Positions 1 through 9,465 of a DNA stretch of 28,875 nucleotides are shown here, in pieces. Location of the stretch: the IMG/VR virus record IMGVR_UViG_3300034012_001383, positions 1 to 28,875 of that record; one strand, given 5' to 3'. Under the pieces are notes generated by a model. The model had not been told where the DNA came from and searched no databases. It saw only the letters and a list, made by a program, of their open reading frames with translations. The stretch comes from a virus (Duplodnaviria; Caudoviricetes). The translations under genes were made by a program, and so were the position numbers. Positions within the stretch are counted from its first letter, which is position 1. Each line of letters begins with the position of its first letter.

Positions 1-52
1 ATCTTTTTTTCACACGCGCAACGGCGCATCGGATCACTAACGGGGGTTTGTG

Positions 53-1690
53 ATGTCAACTAAGACGCGGCCGGCGCCGCCGACTAATGCGAAGTCGCTT
101 GAGCAGCATTTGCGCGATGGCACGTTTGTTCCGTCACGGCATCAGCATCTTCTTGAGGCTGTTGATGGCACTGTTGCTCAGTGGCAGGCCAGGTCGGTTC
201 GTCAGGGCGGGAAGATGTTGCCTGCTGAGCATTTTGAGGCTTGGTGCCGTCAGTACATCAAGCACACTGTGGGGCGTTGGTTTGGGGAGCCGTTTACGCT
301 CGAGCCGTGGCAGCGTACCCTTGTTGCTGAGCTTCTTGCTGTTGATAAGAATGGCCGCCGTAAGACTCGTCAGGCCCTTGTTGGGTTGCCGCGTAAGAAT
401 GGCAAGTCGAGCTTGTTGTCTGCGTTGGCTTTGTATTTTGCTTCGATTGAGGGTGAGCATGCCCCTGACGTGATTGTTGCTGCTGGTTCGCGTGACCAGG
501 CTGCGGTTGTGTTTGATCAGGCCAGGGCGTTTGCTGGATCTGATCCGATTATTGATTTGTGGTTCGATCAGCAGCGTTTCGTCATGAAATGCGCTGAATC
601 TGACGGTTTGATTCGCCGGATTGCTGCGGATGGCAAGTTGCAGCACGGATTGAACCCTTCGACGGTGATTGTGGATGAGCTGCACAGTTTCAGCACGCCG
701 AGGCAGGTTGAGTTGTGGGCTGCGATGCAAACGGCAACAGGGGCCCGTGAGCTTCCGTTCACTTGCAGCATCACTACTGCTGGGTATGACAAGACAACGA
801 TTCTTGGGCAGCTTTATAAGGCGGCGATCGACTTGCCGCAGCTCGAGGCCCGCGAAGACGGCTCGCTCTTGGTTGCCCGTGATGATGATTCCGGCTTTCT
901 CTTCTGGTGGTACAACGTCGCTGAGGGCACCGACATTGAAGACGAGGCTGCGTGGATGCGCGCTAATCCTGCGTCTTGGGTTACGGCAGACACTCTTCGC
1001 CAGCAGCTCGAGTCTCCGAGCATGGATGAGAACACCTTCAGGCGCCTCCATCTTAATCAGTGGACTGTGACGCGCACCGCCTGGCTGCCCGCTGGCTGCT
1101 GGGACGGCATGCTTGACGCAACAGCAACACCTGAGCTCGGCCAAACGATCTATGTGGGCGTTGACGTTGGCTTGGTTCACGATTGCACGGCCGTGTCGAT
1201 CGCGTGGGTGCGTGACAACACGGTGTGCGTTCAATCGCATGTTTTTAGTGCTGTCGCTGATGTGCCGGCGCATGAGTATTACGACACGGGCCGCATTGAC
1301 CTTGAAGACGTTGAAAGCTACATTCGTGAGCTCGCAGACAAGTACCACATTGCCGAGCTGGTCTTCGACCCTAGATTCTTTGAACGCTCGGCGCAGTCGC
1401 TAAGCGCTGAGGGCCTTACGGTCGCACCGCTGCACCAATCAAGCGCAGCGATGTCTGACGCTTACCAAGAGTTTTACGCTAGCGCGCGTGAAGGCCGAAT
1501 TAGGCATGACGGCGATCCCGTCCTAGCTGAGCACGTTGCCGCGACCGCAGCGAAGCAAACACCGCGCGGTTGGAAGATCAGCAAGATTGACCAGTCTAAG
1601 CGTATTGACGCTTGTGTCGCGACCGTGATGGCTCACTGGCGTGCGTGGCGCTCCGTGGCTGAGGGCGGCGATGAGGGCTTTCTGCTGTGA
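53..1690 (+). CDS. terL: Terminase large subunit (Terminase_1 type)
   Basis: LEPWQ adenine-binding motif, Walker A GLPRKNGKS, Walker B VIVDELH, ITTAG coupling motif, nuclease VGVDVG and KRIDA. ATG at 53 (GTG at 50 also possible). Confidence 0.97.
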   Translation: MSTKTRPAPPTNAKSLEQHLRDGTFVPSRHQHLLEAVDGTVAQWQARSVRQGGKMLPAEHFEAWCRQYIKHTVGRWFGEPFTLEPWQRTLVAELLAVDKNGRRKTRQALVGLPRKNGKSSLLSALALYFASIEGEHAPDVIVAAGSRDQAAVVFDQARAFAGSDPIIDLWFDQQRFVMKCAESDGLIRRIAADGKLQHGLNPSTVIVDELHSFSTPRQVELWAAMQTATGARELPFTCSITTAGYDKTTILGQLYKAAIDLPQLEAREDGSLLVARDDDSGFLFWWYNVAEGTDIEDEAAWMRANPASWVTADTLRQQLESPSMDENTFRRLHLNQWTVTRTAWLPAGCWDGMLDATATPELGQTIYVGVDVGLVHDCTAVSIAWVRDNTVCVQSHVFSAVADVPAHEYYDTGRIDLEDVESYIRELADKYHIAELVFDPRFFERSAQSLSAEGLTVAPLHQSSAAMSDAYQEFYASAREGRIRHDGDPVLAEHVAATAAKQTPRGWKISKIDQSKRIDACVATVMAHWRAWRSVAEGGDEGFLL

Positions 1691-2424
1691 AAATCGTTTG
1701 CTGTTTGTCTTGGTATGACGAGAGCCCTGCGTGGCTTGCCACTGTCGTTGCTGCAGCTGCTAGGGCTGGTTGCAATCACATCGTTGCCGTAGATGGGCCT
1801 TATGCTTTGTTGACGGCTACGGGTCGCAGTAGTGGCGTGCTGCAGCAGGACGCTGTTACGCATGCCGCACACGTTGCTGGTATCGGCTTGACGCTGCATG
1901 TGCCTGACTCACCTTTCGGGGGCAATGAGGTTCAGAAACGCAGTTTGATGTTTCGATTGGCTGAGCAGATCACAACCGAGAATGATTGGCTGTGGGTGCT
2001 TGACGCTGACTGCTTCGTAACGAAAGCCGTTGATCTTCGTCGCCGGCTAGAACAAACCGACTTGAATGCGGCTGAAGTAATGGTTTGCAATAGCAGTGAT
2101 CCGCAAGTCATCAAGGTAAGTCAACACAAGCAGCCAATTAGGTTGCTTTACAGGGCTATGCGGGGTCTTCAGGTTGCGGGCGCACACTACTTCTACCGCT
2201 ACCCCGTCGATGATGGGTACAGCTACCTTTGGGGCCAGCCGCCGCTCGAGCCCGCACTTGCGTTGCATGATGTTGAGGTTGAGCACTGGACCGAGCAGCG
2301 CGATGAGCTGCGTCAGGCTGAGCAGCAGGCTTACTACCACCGCCGTAGCGAAGTTGGTGCTGAACGCTTGCATGAAACTTGGGTTGAAGGCGTTGACGGG
2401 CAACCAGTCAAATTACGGGGGTAA
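1687..2424 (+). CDS. Putative glycosyltransferase (GT-A fold, family 2-like)
   Basis: N-terminal strand plus YDE, IVAVDG, KR then DWLWVLDAD (DxD motif), late VEH motif; GTGA overlap with terL stop. Confidence 0.7.
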   Translation: MKIVCCLSWYDESPAWLATVVAAAARAGCNHIVAVDGPYALLTATGRSSGVLQQDAVTHAAHVAGIGLTLHVPDSPFGGNEVQKRSLMFRLAEQITTENDWLWVLDADCFVTKAVDLRRRLEQTDLNAAEVMVCNSSDPQVIKVSQHKQPIRLLYRAMRGLQVAGAHYFYRYPVDDGYSYLWGQPPLEPALALHDVEVEHWTEQRDELRQAEQQAYYHRRSEVGAERLHETWVEGVDGQPVKLRG

Positions 2425-2427
2425 CGC

Positions 2428-2655
2428 ATGCCAGTTTGGTGCTTGAAGATTGCGTGGCGCATTCGGGGTCGCCGGTTGGTGCGTATTCATCAGCGCGACG
2501 GGTTGCCGAGTGTTGAGGGCGTCCTTGTTGGTGTTGCTGCTAAGCGATACATCGTTTTGAGTGCCGTGATGCTTGGGGATGGTGGCGCGACTGAGTTGGC
2601 GGGCCATGTTGAGATTCCGAAGGAGAACGTGATGCTTGTGCAGGTACTACCGTGA
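2428..2655 (+). CDS. Small beta-rich hypothetical protein (possibly Sm-like fold)
   Basis: Fills gap between GT and portal with GTGA overlap; pattern VRIH..SVEGVLVG..YIVLSA..VEIPKENVMLVQV. Confidence 0.7.
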   Translation: MPVWCLKIAWRIRGRRLVRIHQRDGLPSVEGVLVGVAAKRYIVLSAVMLGDGGATELAGHVEIPKENVMLVQVLP

Positions 2656-3836
2656 GATTGTTGAATCGTGCTGGGCGTGACGTGAGCATCAGAACGTTTG
2701 GTGTTGATACGAGCGTGGCGCCAGGACCAACTGACATTGGTTCGCAGCGTGTTGACGCTTCGCCTGTGCAAAGCATTGGGCTACCGGCTGTCATGGCCGC
2801 TGTGCGTCTCGTTGCTGATTCCATCGCTGCTATGCCCGTCAAGGTTTACGATCGTGCTGGCGCGCTCGATCGCCAACTAGCTGACACAACGCAGCAATAC
2901 AAGCTGCTGCACAGCAGCCCAAACCTTGAGCAGTCTGCGTTTGAGTTCATTCAAGACGTTGTTTCAAGCGTTGAGTGCTTTGGTAACGCTTTTGTGCTGA
3001 AGACGATTGCGCAGGGGCAGGTGCAAGAGCTTCGTGTCCTTTCGGCTAGTCGCGTGACGGTTAAGGCTGACCCTAAGGGGCAGCTGACGTTTGAGATTCA
3101 GGACGGCGCTGACACGAAGACCCTTACGAATCGTGAGATTTTGCATGTTCGCGGTCTTGCTCCGTTTGGTGGCGCGTCCGGCGTGAGCCCATTGACGTTG
3201 CATCGTTCAACGCTGGGTAACAGTGTGGCGGTGCAATCATTCGCGGGCCGCTACTTCGCTAACGATGCGACACCTGGCCTCGTTTTGAAGATGCCACAGA
3301 ACTTGAATGCTCAACAGGCCGAAGAAATTGGTAATCAGTGGAATCAAGCGCACCGCGGGCTAGTTAACGCTCGTAAGACGGCTGTGCTTGGTGGTGGCGC
3401 TGATCTGCAGGTGTTGCCGGTGAGCATGGTTGACGCGCAGTTTGCTGAGATGGCAAAGCTCGGTATTGAGGACGTTGCACGCATCTTTGGCGTGCCCGCC
3501 GAACTAATTACTGGCGCGCCTGTCACTGATCCGCAAAAAACGGCTGAGCACTTCCTAAAGTTTTGCTTGGCGCCGCGGCTTCGTCGCATCGAGGCAGCTT
3601 TCGCCCGCGATACTGACCTGTTCCCTGAGCAGCTGACGCTTTACCCAGAGTTCAACGCTGACGCACTCTTGCGGCCGGCGACACGCGAACGCTACGAAGC
3701 GTATCGCGCCGCACGTCAGGCCGGTTGGCTGAGCCCTAACGAGATCAGGGCCCTTGAGAATTATCCGCCGACGCCTGGTGGCGAAGAAATCCAAATGACA
3801 CCTGTTGGCGGCGCACCTAACCCAACCGATGGCTGA
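2652..3836 (+). CDS. Portal protein, HK97 family
   Basis: AVMAAVRLVADSIAAMP, PN, GNAF, EILHVR, G.SP, DVARIFGVP, GWLSPNEIRALENYPP.GGE motifs. Confidence 0.97.
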   Translation: MRLLNRAGRDVSIRTFGVDTSVAPGPTDIGSQRVDASPVQSIGLPAVMAAVRLVADSIAAMPVKVYDRAGALDRQLADTTQQYKLLHSSPNLEQSAFEFIQDVVSSVECFGNAFVLKTIAQGQVQELRVLSASRVTVKADPKGQLTFEIQDGADTKTLTNREILHVRGLAPFGGASGVSPLTLHRSTLGNSVAVQSFAGRYFANDATPGLVLKMPQNLNAQQAEEIGNQWNQAHRGLVNARKTAVLGGGADLQVLPVSMVDAQFAEMAKLGIEDVARIFGVPAELITGAPVTDPQKTAEHFLKFCLAPRLRRIEAAFARDTDLFPEQLTLYPEFNADALLRPATRERYEAYRAARQAGWLSPNEIRALENYPPTPGGEEIQMTPVGGAPNPTDG

Positions 3837-5277
3837 CCTAACACCGAATGCTGGGATGGCGGCAGCTGCGCAGCAAGGACTTGACTGGCGCGCCGAGGGC
3901 TTAGGTGGCGACGGACTTGTTGAAGCAACAATTACTGACGCTAGAAAAATGGCGAACCGTGAGCCACTTTCGGAATCCAAGGTGCGGCGTATGCCCGCTT
4001 GGTTTGCTCGACACGCAGTTGACTTGGAGGCACCACAAAATGATCCTGACAACGAAAACTATCCTGGCGCCGGCCGTGTGGCGTGGCAACTTTGGGGCGG
4101 CGATGCTGGCCGCAGTTGGGCGGATGTAAAGGTGCGTCAACTAGACGAAGAACAACGCAACATGCACTACGGCAACGATCACATCATTGCTGAAATCGAC
4201 GGCACGTTGCTAGACGGCACTGAGCCGATCGTAAAGACCATCAACTTCATTAACGCGCGTCCCGAGCCGGTGTGCATCGTGTCGGGCCGCATGGAAGCCG
4301 AGCGCGCTGACACCGTTGCCGCCCTCGAAGCTGCCGGCGTTAATTACTACGAGCTGTACTTGAATGACACCGAGGCAGGCACAATCGAGTTCAAAACACG
4401 CATGGCTGAAGCACTAATGGCTGAGTACAACATTGTGCTTGCTGTTGACAATGATGAGGCAGCTCGAGCGGCGTATCAGTCGCTTGGTATTGAAACTTTG
4501 GCGCCTGATGACATTCCCGACGCTGCGGGGGCAGCTGAAGAAGAAGAAGAGGATGCAATGAACCCGTTTAGACACACCGCCCCCGTAAAACTTGAGGTTA
4601 GGGAATCAGCAATGGGTGCTGAGTACCTAACGGTTAGTGGTTACGCAGCCGTTTTTGATCAAATGAGCCATGACCTTGGCGGTTTCCGTGAGATCATTCA
4701 GCCAGGCGCGTTTGCTGACGTGCTGAGCGCGCAGCCTGACGTGCACCTCGTGATTGGTCACAACATGGACTTGCCGTTGGCGCGTACTCGTAACGGCACA
4801 TTGGAGCTTGGTGAGGACATTCGCGGCCTAAAGATGTGGGCTCGTATCGACTCGCGTTTGAGCTACGCGAAGGACTTGGCTGTGCAGCTGAAGTCTGGCC
4901 TTGTTGATCAAATGAGTTTCGCTTTTACGATCCCTGAGGGCGGCGATACGTGGAGCGTTGATGACTCGGGCGCCGTTACGCGCACCGTCAACCGCATTGA
5001 TGGCTTGTATGACGTGAGTGTTGTGGCCGCTGGTGCGTATCCGCAAACTGACGTTAAGGCTGTTCGCGCACTGTTGCGTGCCGCGGCTGACAAGGGCCTC
5101 ATTCCTAACAATCTTTTGGACACTTCGCAGCCGGAAACGGTTGGGGGTGATTCCGTCGAGCAGCATGCTGGCGGGACCGTCGAACCAGATGTTGGCGGTC
5201 GGCAGGCTATCCAAAACCTGCAAGCAGCTAAAGCAAAAGCTAAAGCTGCCGTACATTCGCACATGAAAGGACTCTAA
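3829..5277 (+). CDS. Multidomain prohead protease: N-terminal phage domain + HAD-like phosphatase domain + HK97-type maturation protease
   Basis: C-terminal GYAAVF, GGFREII.PGAF, H, GTLEL.ED..GL, QMSFAF, LYDVSVV..GAYPQT; central IAEIDGTL/IVSGR/FK/AVDND; ATG at 3829 overlaps portal end. Confidence 0.9.
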   Translation: MADLTPNAGMAAAAQQGLDWRAEGLGGDGLVEATITDARKMANREPLSESKVRRMPAWFARHAVDLEAPQNDPDNENYPGAGRVAWQLWGGDAGRSWADVKVRQLDEEQRNMHYGNDHIIAEIDGTLLDGTEPIVKTINFINARPEPVCIVSGRMEAERADTVAALEAAGVNYYELYLNDTEAGTIEFKTRMAEALMAEYNIVLAVDNDEAARAAYQSLGIETLAPDDIPDAAGAAEEEEEDAMNPFRHTAPVKLEVRESAMGAEYLTVSGYAAVFDQMSHDLGGFREIIQPGAFADVLSAQPDVHLVIGHNMDLPLARTRNGTLELGEDIRGLKMWARIDSRLSYAKDLAVQLKSGLVDQMSFAFTIPEGGDTWSVDDSGAVTRTVNRIDGLYDVSVVAAGAYPQTDVKAVRALLRAAADKGLIPNNLLDTSQPETVGGDSVEQHAGGTVEPDVGGRQAIQNLQAAKAKAKAAVHSHMKGL

Positions 5278-6593
5278 TGAGTTCGATGGATGAACTAACT
5301 CGCGCGCACAATGTTGCCGTTGAGGAAATGCATGCCGCTGCTGCGGCTATTGAGACTGCTGACGAATCAGCCGATCTCGACGCCCTTCAGGGTGAGTTTG
5401 ATGGCAAGCTCGAAGTTGCTGAGCGCGCCGCTGGTGCTGTTGAGCAGCGTCAGGCTGTAATTGAGGCCCGTGAGTCACTATCGGTTAAGCCGGTTGCTGA
5501 CGTCAAGGTTGAAGTTATTAGCAACGAGCAGGTTTACCGGCCCGATCGCCCAGAGCGCTCGTACTTCCGCGACCTGTACCTGTCAAAAACGAAGGGTGAT
5601 CGTGAAGCAACTGATCGCCTTCAAGGCCATGCACTGGCAACACGTGACATCAACACCACTGACACAAGTGGTGGCGATTTCGTGCCGCCAGCGTACCTAG
5701 TCAATGAGTACATTGCTAAGGCACGTGCCGGCCGCGTTACTGCTGATCTTTGTTCGAAGTTTGCTCTGCCTGGTGGCACCGACTCGATCAACTTCCCAGC
5801 AATCACGACTGGTACCGCTAACGCGGCTCAGGCATCGCAGAACAGTGCGCTGCAGGAAACTAACCTGGTAACGGCAACCGTCACGGCTCCGGTCACGACG
5901 ATTGGTGGTATTCAGGATGTTTCGGTTCAGCTCGTAGAGCAGAGCCCGATTGCGTTCGATCAGGTTATTTTCGCTGATCTTGCCGCATCGCATGCGCAGG
6001 CTGTTGGTAACGCTGTCATTAACGGCACCGGCTCATCGGGAACCCTTGAAGGGTTTGTGAACGCTGACACCGTTAACACGATCACGTACACCGAGGCAAG
6101 CCCTACGGCTGCTAAGACGGTTGCGAAGATCGCTGACGGCATTCAGCAGGTTGCATCAGCTCGCTTCCTGCCTGCCGATGGAATCGTCATGCATCCAAGG
6201 CGCTGGTATGCCTTGACTAGTGGTGTTGATGGCGCACAGCGTCCTCTCGTTGTTCCTACCGCTCAGGCGCAGAACACGTTTGGTACTGCTGATGGTGTTG
6301 CCGCTGAAGGTGCGGTTGGCAACATTCTCGGTCTGCCTGTGTACCTTGATCCGAACATCGCCGTTAACTCGGGCGCTGGCACGAATCAGGACATCATCAT
6401 CATTTCGCGTTTCGCTGACGCTTACCTTTTCGAAGGTACGCCGAAGGCTGAAGTATTCCGCGAAACCCTCTCGGCTGAAGCGACTGTTCGTTTCCGCCTT
6501 TACAACTTCGTTGCGTTCACTGCTGAGCGCTACGTCGGTGTAAACACCTCGATCGTGTCCGGTACGGGCCTGGTCACACCTACTTTCGCTTAG
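5277..6593 (+). CDS. Major capsid protein, HK97 fold, with N-terminal coiled-coil scaffold (delta) region
   Basis: Follows protease; coiled-coil N-terminus; GGDFVPP, INGTG, VMHPRRW, ILGLPVYLD motifs; AAAGGA RBS. Confidence 0.96.
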   Translation: MSSMDELTRAHNVAVEEMHAAAAAIETADESADLDALQGEFDGKLEVAERAAGAVEQRQAVIEARESLSVKPVADVKVEVISNEQVYRPDRPERSYFRDLYLSKTKGDREATDRLQGHALATRDINTTDTSGGDFVPPAYLVNEYIAKARAGRVTADLCSKFALPGGTDSINFPAITTGTANAAQASQNSALQETNLVTATVTAPVTTIGGIQDVSVQLVEQSPIAFDQVIFADLAASHAQAVGNAVINGTGSSGTLEGFVNADTVNTITYTEASPTAAKTVAKIADGIQQVASARFLPADGIVMHPRRWYALTSGVDGAQRPLVVPTAQAQNTFGTADGVAAEGAVGNILGLPVYLDPNIAVNSGAGTNQDIIIISRFADAYLFEGTPKAEVFRETLSAEATVRFRLYNFVAFTAERYVGVNTSIVSGTGLVTPTFA

Positions 6594-6698
6594 TCGATTG
6601 TAGGACTGCGGCGCCCTGATTGCCACTACGTGGCGTGGGCTTAGGCAGGGGTTTGATTCCCTTGCCGCCGCTTGAAACATTGATTTAAGGAGTTAGGT

Positions 6699-6863
6699 AT
6701 GAGCCAGATTGCTTCCCTTATTCGTGAACGCGCTGGCCTTGAGGCCCGTGGACTCGTTGACCGCGTTAAGCAAATTGATGAGCAGCTGCGAGCGTTTGGC
6801 GCTAAGGGTGTTACGCCTGCGAAGCGTGCTGAGCAGCGTGTGCCTAACAAGGCGCGTAAGTAA
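6699..6863 (+). CDS. Small hypothetical head-associated protein (54 aa, absent from ORF track)
   Basis: AAGGAG RBS; MSQIASLIRERAGLEARGLVDRVKQIDEQLRAFG...; TAATG coupling to next gene. Confidence 0.75.
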   Translation: MSQIASLIRERAGLEARGLVDRVKQIDEQLRAFGAKGVTPAKRAEQRVPNKARK

Positions 6864-7486
6864 TGGCCGCGGGTGACCTATGTTCGCTTGCTGAGGCCAG
6901 GGCGTTTCTTGAGCTGCCTGTTGCTGACACGGCGCGTGACAGTTTGATTACTACGACGATTGCTGCGGTCAGTAAAGCTATTCAGCAGTACACGCAACGC
7001 GAGCTTTACCCATCCGGCACGGCTACGCGCGTGTTTAAACTGCCGCTCGGGCAGTACACGTTGTCGCTTGTTCCTTTTGATCTTCGCTCGGTTACGTCAG
7101 TGACGTTTCATGCTGACGAAACGGGCCTTGTTCTTGCTGCCGCTGATTATCAAACTCAACCCGTAACGAATCATGACGGCATGTTTTCAGCAGTTCAGTT
7201 CAGTAATCAGGAAGCCAACCTGTGGAACAGCGACTCAGCCAGGTACTTTGGTTACTCGAGGGTGACGATCGTTGGCACGTGGGGGCCAGTTGCGATTCCT
7301 GTTGACGTGAAGCAGGCTTGCGTCGTGTCGGTTGCCGCAGCTATGCGCAGGGATGTTGTGAACCTCGATCTTGGTGATGTGCTGAGTGATCCGCGGGAGC
7401 TTGGGCCTGATCGCCCAACGAACTACGCTCTGCCGGCCGCCGCGCTCAGGTTGCTGAGCCCTTACCGCCGTGTTGGGCTGTTGTGA
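6863..7486 (+). CDS. Head-tail connector/adaptor (gp6/gp15-like)
   Basis: LCSLAEARAFL..D.LI...I.A.S..I..YT.R N-terminus; WG..AIPVDVKQA; LLSPYRR C-terminus; synteny. Confidence 0.88.
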   Translation: MAAGDLCSLAEARAFLELPVADTARDSLITTTIAAVSKAIQQYTQRELYPSGTATRVFKLPLGQYTLSLVPFDLRSVTSVTFHADETGLVLAAADYQTQPVTNHDGMFSAVQFSNQEANLWNSDSARYFGYSRVTIVGTWGPVAIPVDVKQACVVSVAAAMRRDVVNLDLGDVLSDPRELGPDRPTNYALPAAALRLLSPYRRVGLL

Positions 7487-7920
7487 CCACTGCGACGTAT
7501 AAGAGCACTGCGCCAGCGTTCAAAGCAGCCCTCTACACCGCCCTGGCCGCTAACACTGACCTAGCTGATGTAACGGTGTCTTATGGCGCACCAATCACGG
7601 GGCCACGCGAGTTCATTGCCCTCAGCGACATTAGTGGGTCGCAAGAGTTCGCAGCATTAGGGAAGCTAACGAAAGAGGAAACGTACACGCTGGACGTTTA
7701 CGTGAGCGTTGTTCGTGAGGGCAATCAGCAGCAGCAATGCACTGAGCGATGCTTCGCTATTGCCGCTGAGCTTGAGGACTACCTACGCGCGAATCCTACG
7801 GTCAATAACACGGTGCGTATCGCGCAGCTCAGCACACCTTTTACGCTCGAGGAATTTGCGGGCGACACGGCAAGGCAATCAATTCTCACGCTTGGCGTTG
7901 AGGCAGCAGCGAGGATCTAA
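7483..7920 (+). CDS. Putative tail terminator/completion protein
   Basis: Position before tail tube; 145 aa; LRANPTV motif and beta-rich pattern. Confidence 0.65.
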   Translation: MTTATYKSTAPAFKAALYTALAANTDLADVTVSYGAPITGPREFIALSDISGSQEFAALGKLTKEETYTLDVYVSVVREGNQQQQCTERCFAIAAELEDYLRANPTVNNTVRIAQLSTPFTLEEFAGDTARQSILTLGVEAAARI

Positions 7921-8108
7921 TGAAACTTAAATACGTTGGGCCGCAGTCACAAATCTACATTCCGCATCATGACGTGGAGTTCGAAGTTGAGCGCGACGGT
8001 GTTGTTGACGTGCCCGCCGAGCTTGCAACAGAGCTACTAAAGCGACCTGACTTTGAGGCCGCGCAACCAAAGAAAAAGGCCGTGAAGGCCACTAAGGAGA
8101 CTAAGTAA
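7920..8108 (+). CDS. Small hypothetical virion-region protein
   Basis: TAATG-coupled on both sides; MKLKYVGP..VDVP.ELA..LL motif with Lys-rich tail. Confidence 0.75.
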   Translation: MKLKYVGPQSQIYIPHHDVEFEVERDGVVDVPAELATELLKRPDFEAAQPKKKAVKATKETK

Positions 8109-9049
8109 TGGCTATCAGGTCAGGACTCGCAGCACAAATTGGCATTGGTGTTGAATCAACGGTCGGTACCGCTGCAACGCCAACTCGTTTTTATGAGTTC
8201 AATGATGAGTCGATTGCAATGACGATCGAGCGCATTGAATCTGAGGGACTTCGCACAGGCAATCGTGTTCTTCGTAGCGATCGTTACGCGTCAGGTCAGA
8301 AAGCTATTGAGGGTTCGTTCTCGATGGACATGACCGCTGATAACACGGCGATCTTGTTTAAGCACGCTCTTGGTGCTGTTGCAACGTCGGGAACGTATCT
8401 GCACACGTGCACGATGAGCGATCCGTTTGGGCTCGGCTTGACAATCGAGGTTGGTCGGCCAGGTAACGATGGAACGGTTCGCGCGTTCACGTATGCCGGC
8501 TGCAAGATCAACACGCTTGACCTGTCGGTCAGTGTTGGTGAGCTGCTGAATGCTGAGTTTGGCATCATTGGCACGACCGCCGAAACGATTGGTTCCGTTA
8601 CCGCAGCTTCGTATGGCTCAGGCCTTGAGTTGCTGCACTTCGCTGGCGCCGCGATTACTGTTGCTGGCACCGCGTATCCGTGTAAGGAATTCAGCTTGTC
8701 CGTCAACAACGGTTTGACTGGTGACCGCTTTGTCCTTGGTTCGCAGGTTGCGCAGCAGCCTATTGCTTCAAGCATGGCTGAGGTTACCGGCTCGCTTGTT
8801 GCTGAGTTTGTTGACGCAACGGCTTACAACCGTGTTGTGAACGCTACGCACGCAGCGATTGTTGCGACGTTCACTGACTCAACATCGCAGTCAATTACGG
8901 TCACTGTTCCTGTTGCCCGCTTTGATGGTGATACACCGTCGGTTGGTGGGCCGGACATCCTTGATCAGACCTTGAACTTCAAGGGCTTGTTCAACGGTAC
9001 TGATTCGCCTGTGACGATTGCTGTTGCGAATGGTGACAGCGCGCCGTAA
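8108..9049 (+). CDS. Major tail tube protein
   Basis: IGIGVESTVGTAATP N-terminus, TYAGCKIN.L.LS, FSLSVNNGL; 313 aa; AAGGAG RBS; synteny. Confidence 0.9.
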   Translation: MAIRSGLAAQIGIGVESTVGTAATPTRFYEFNDESIAMTIERIESEGLRTGNRVLRSDRYASGQKAIEGSFSMDMTADNTAILFKHALGAVATSGTYLHTCTMSDPFGLGLTIEVGRPGNDGTVRAFTYAGCKINTLDLSVSVGELLNAEFGIIGTTAETIGSVTAASYGSGLELLHFAGAAITVAGTAYPCKEFSLSVNNGLTGDRFVLGSQVAQQPIASSMAEVTGSLVAEFVDATAYNRVVNATHAAIVATFTDSTSQSITVTVPVARFDGDTPSVGGPDILDQTLNFKGLFNGTDSPVTIAVANGDSAP

Positions 9050-9456
9050 TGGCAGATCAGTTGGTCACGTTTACTGATTACGCGAAGGTGCGTAAGGGCC
9101 TGCAGTTGATTGGTACTGGCTTGAATAAGGAGCTAGATAAGGGTCTGAAGGGCGTGGCAAAGCAGGTTGTGACGAAGGGTAAGATGGAAGCTGAGCGCAA
9201 AGGCTTGCGTGCTAGCGGCGAACTGATTAGGAAGATTACGCCGAGCGTGACGCAAAAAGGTGTTGCCGTTGTTGCTCGAGCTACCCGCGAGGGCTTTTCT
9301 TACCCTGCCGTCTATGAGTACGGCGGTCGCGGGAAGGTTAATGCGACTGGCCCTCGAGCGTTCTTGCGTCCTGGCTTGCAAAAAGCAGGACCGCAGATCG
9401 CTCAAGAGTTGCAGGATGTAATTAAGTCAACGGTCAGCAAAGCTGGCTTCAAATAG
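9049..9456 (+). CDS. HK97 gp10-like neck/tail component
   Basis: SGELIRKI, Y..VYEYG, PRAFLRPG motifs of the gp10-like family. Confidence 0.75.
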   Translation: MADQLVTFTDYAKVRKGLQLIGTGLNKELDKGLKGVAKQVVTKGKMEAERKGLRASGELIRKITPSVTQKGVAVVARATREGFSYPAVYEYGGRGKVNATGPRAFLRPGLQKAGPQIAQELQDVIKSTVSKAGFK

Positions 9457-9465
9457 GGGGTTGAG

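Noticed and set aside
1-49. cos/packaging site
   Set aside because: Position before terminase and the T-tract are suggestive, but the cut site cannot be identified without flanking sequence or read-end data.
134-1348. Long minus-strand ORF (and other minus-strand ORFs such as 20456-21193)
   Set aside because: Antisense shadows of well-supported + strand genes in GC-rich DNA, with no recognisable motifs.
6608-6671. Canonical tRNA gene
   Set aside because: Too short, 5-bp closing stem, no separate D and anticodon arms.
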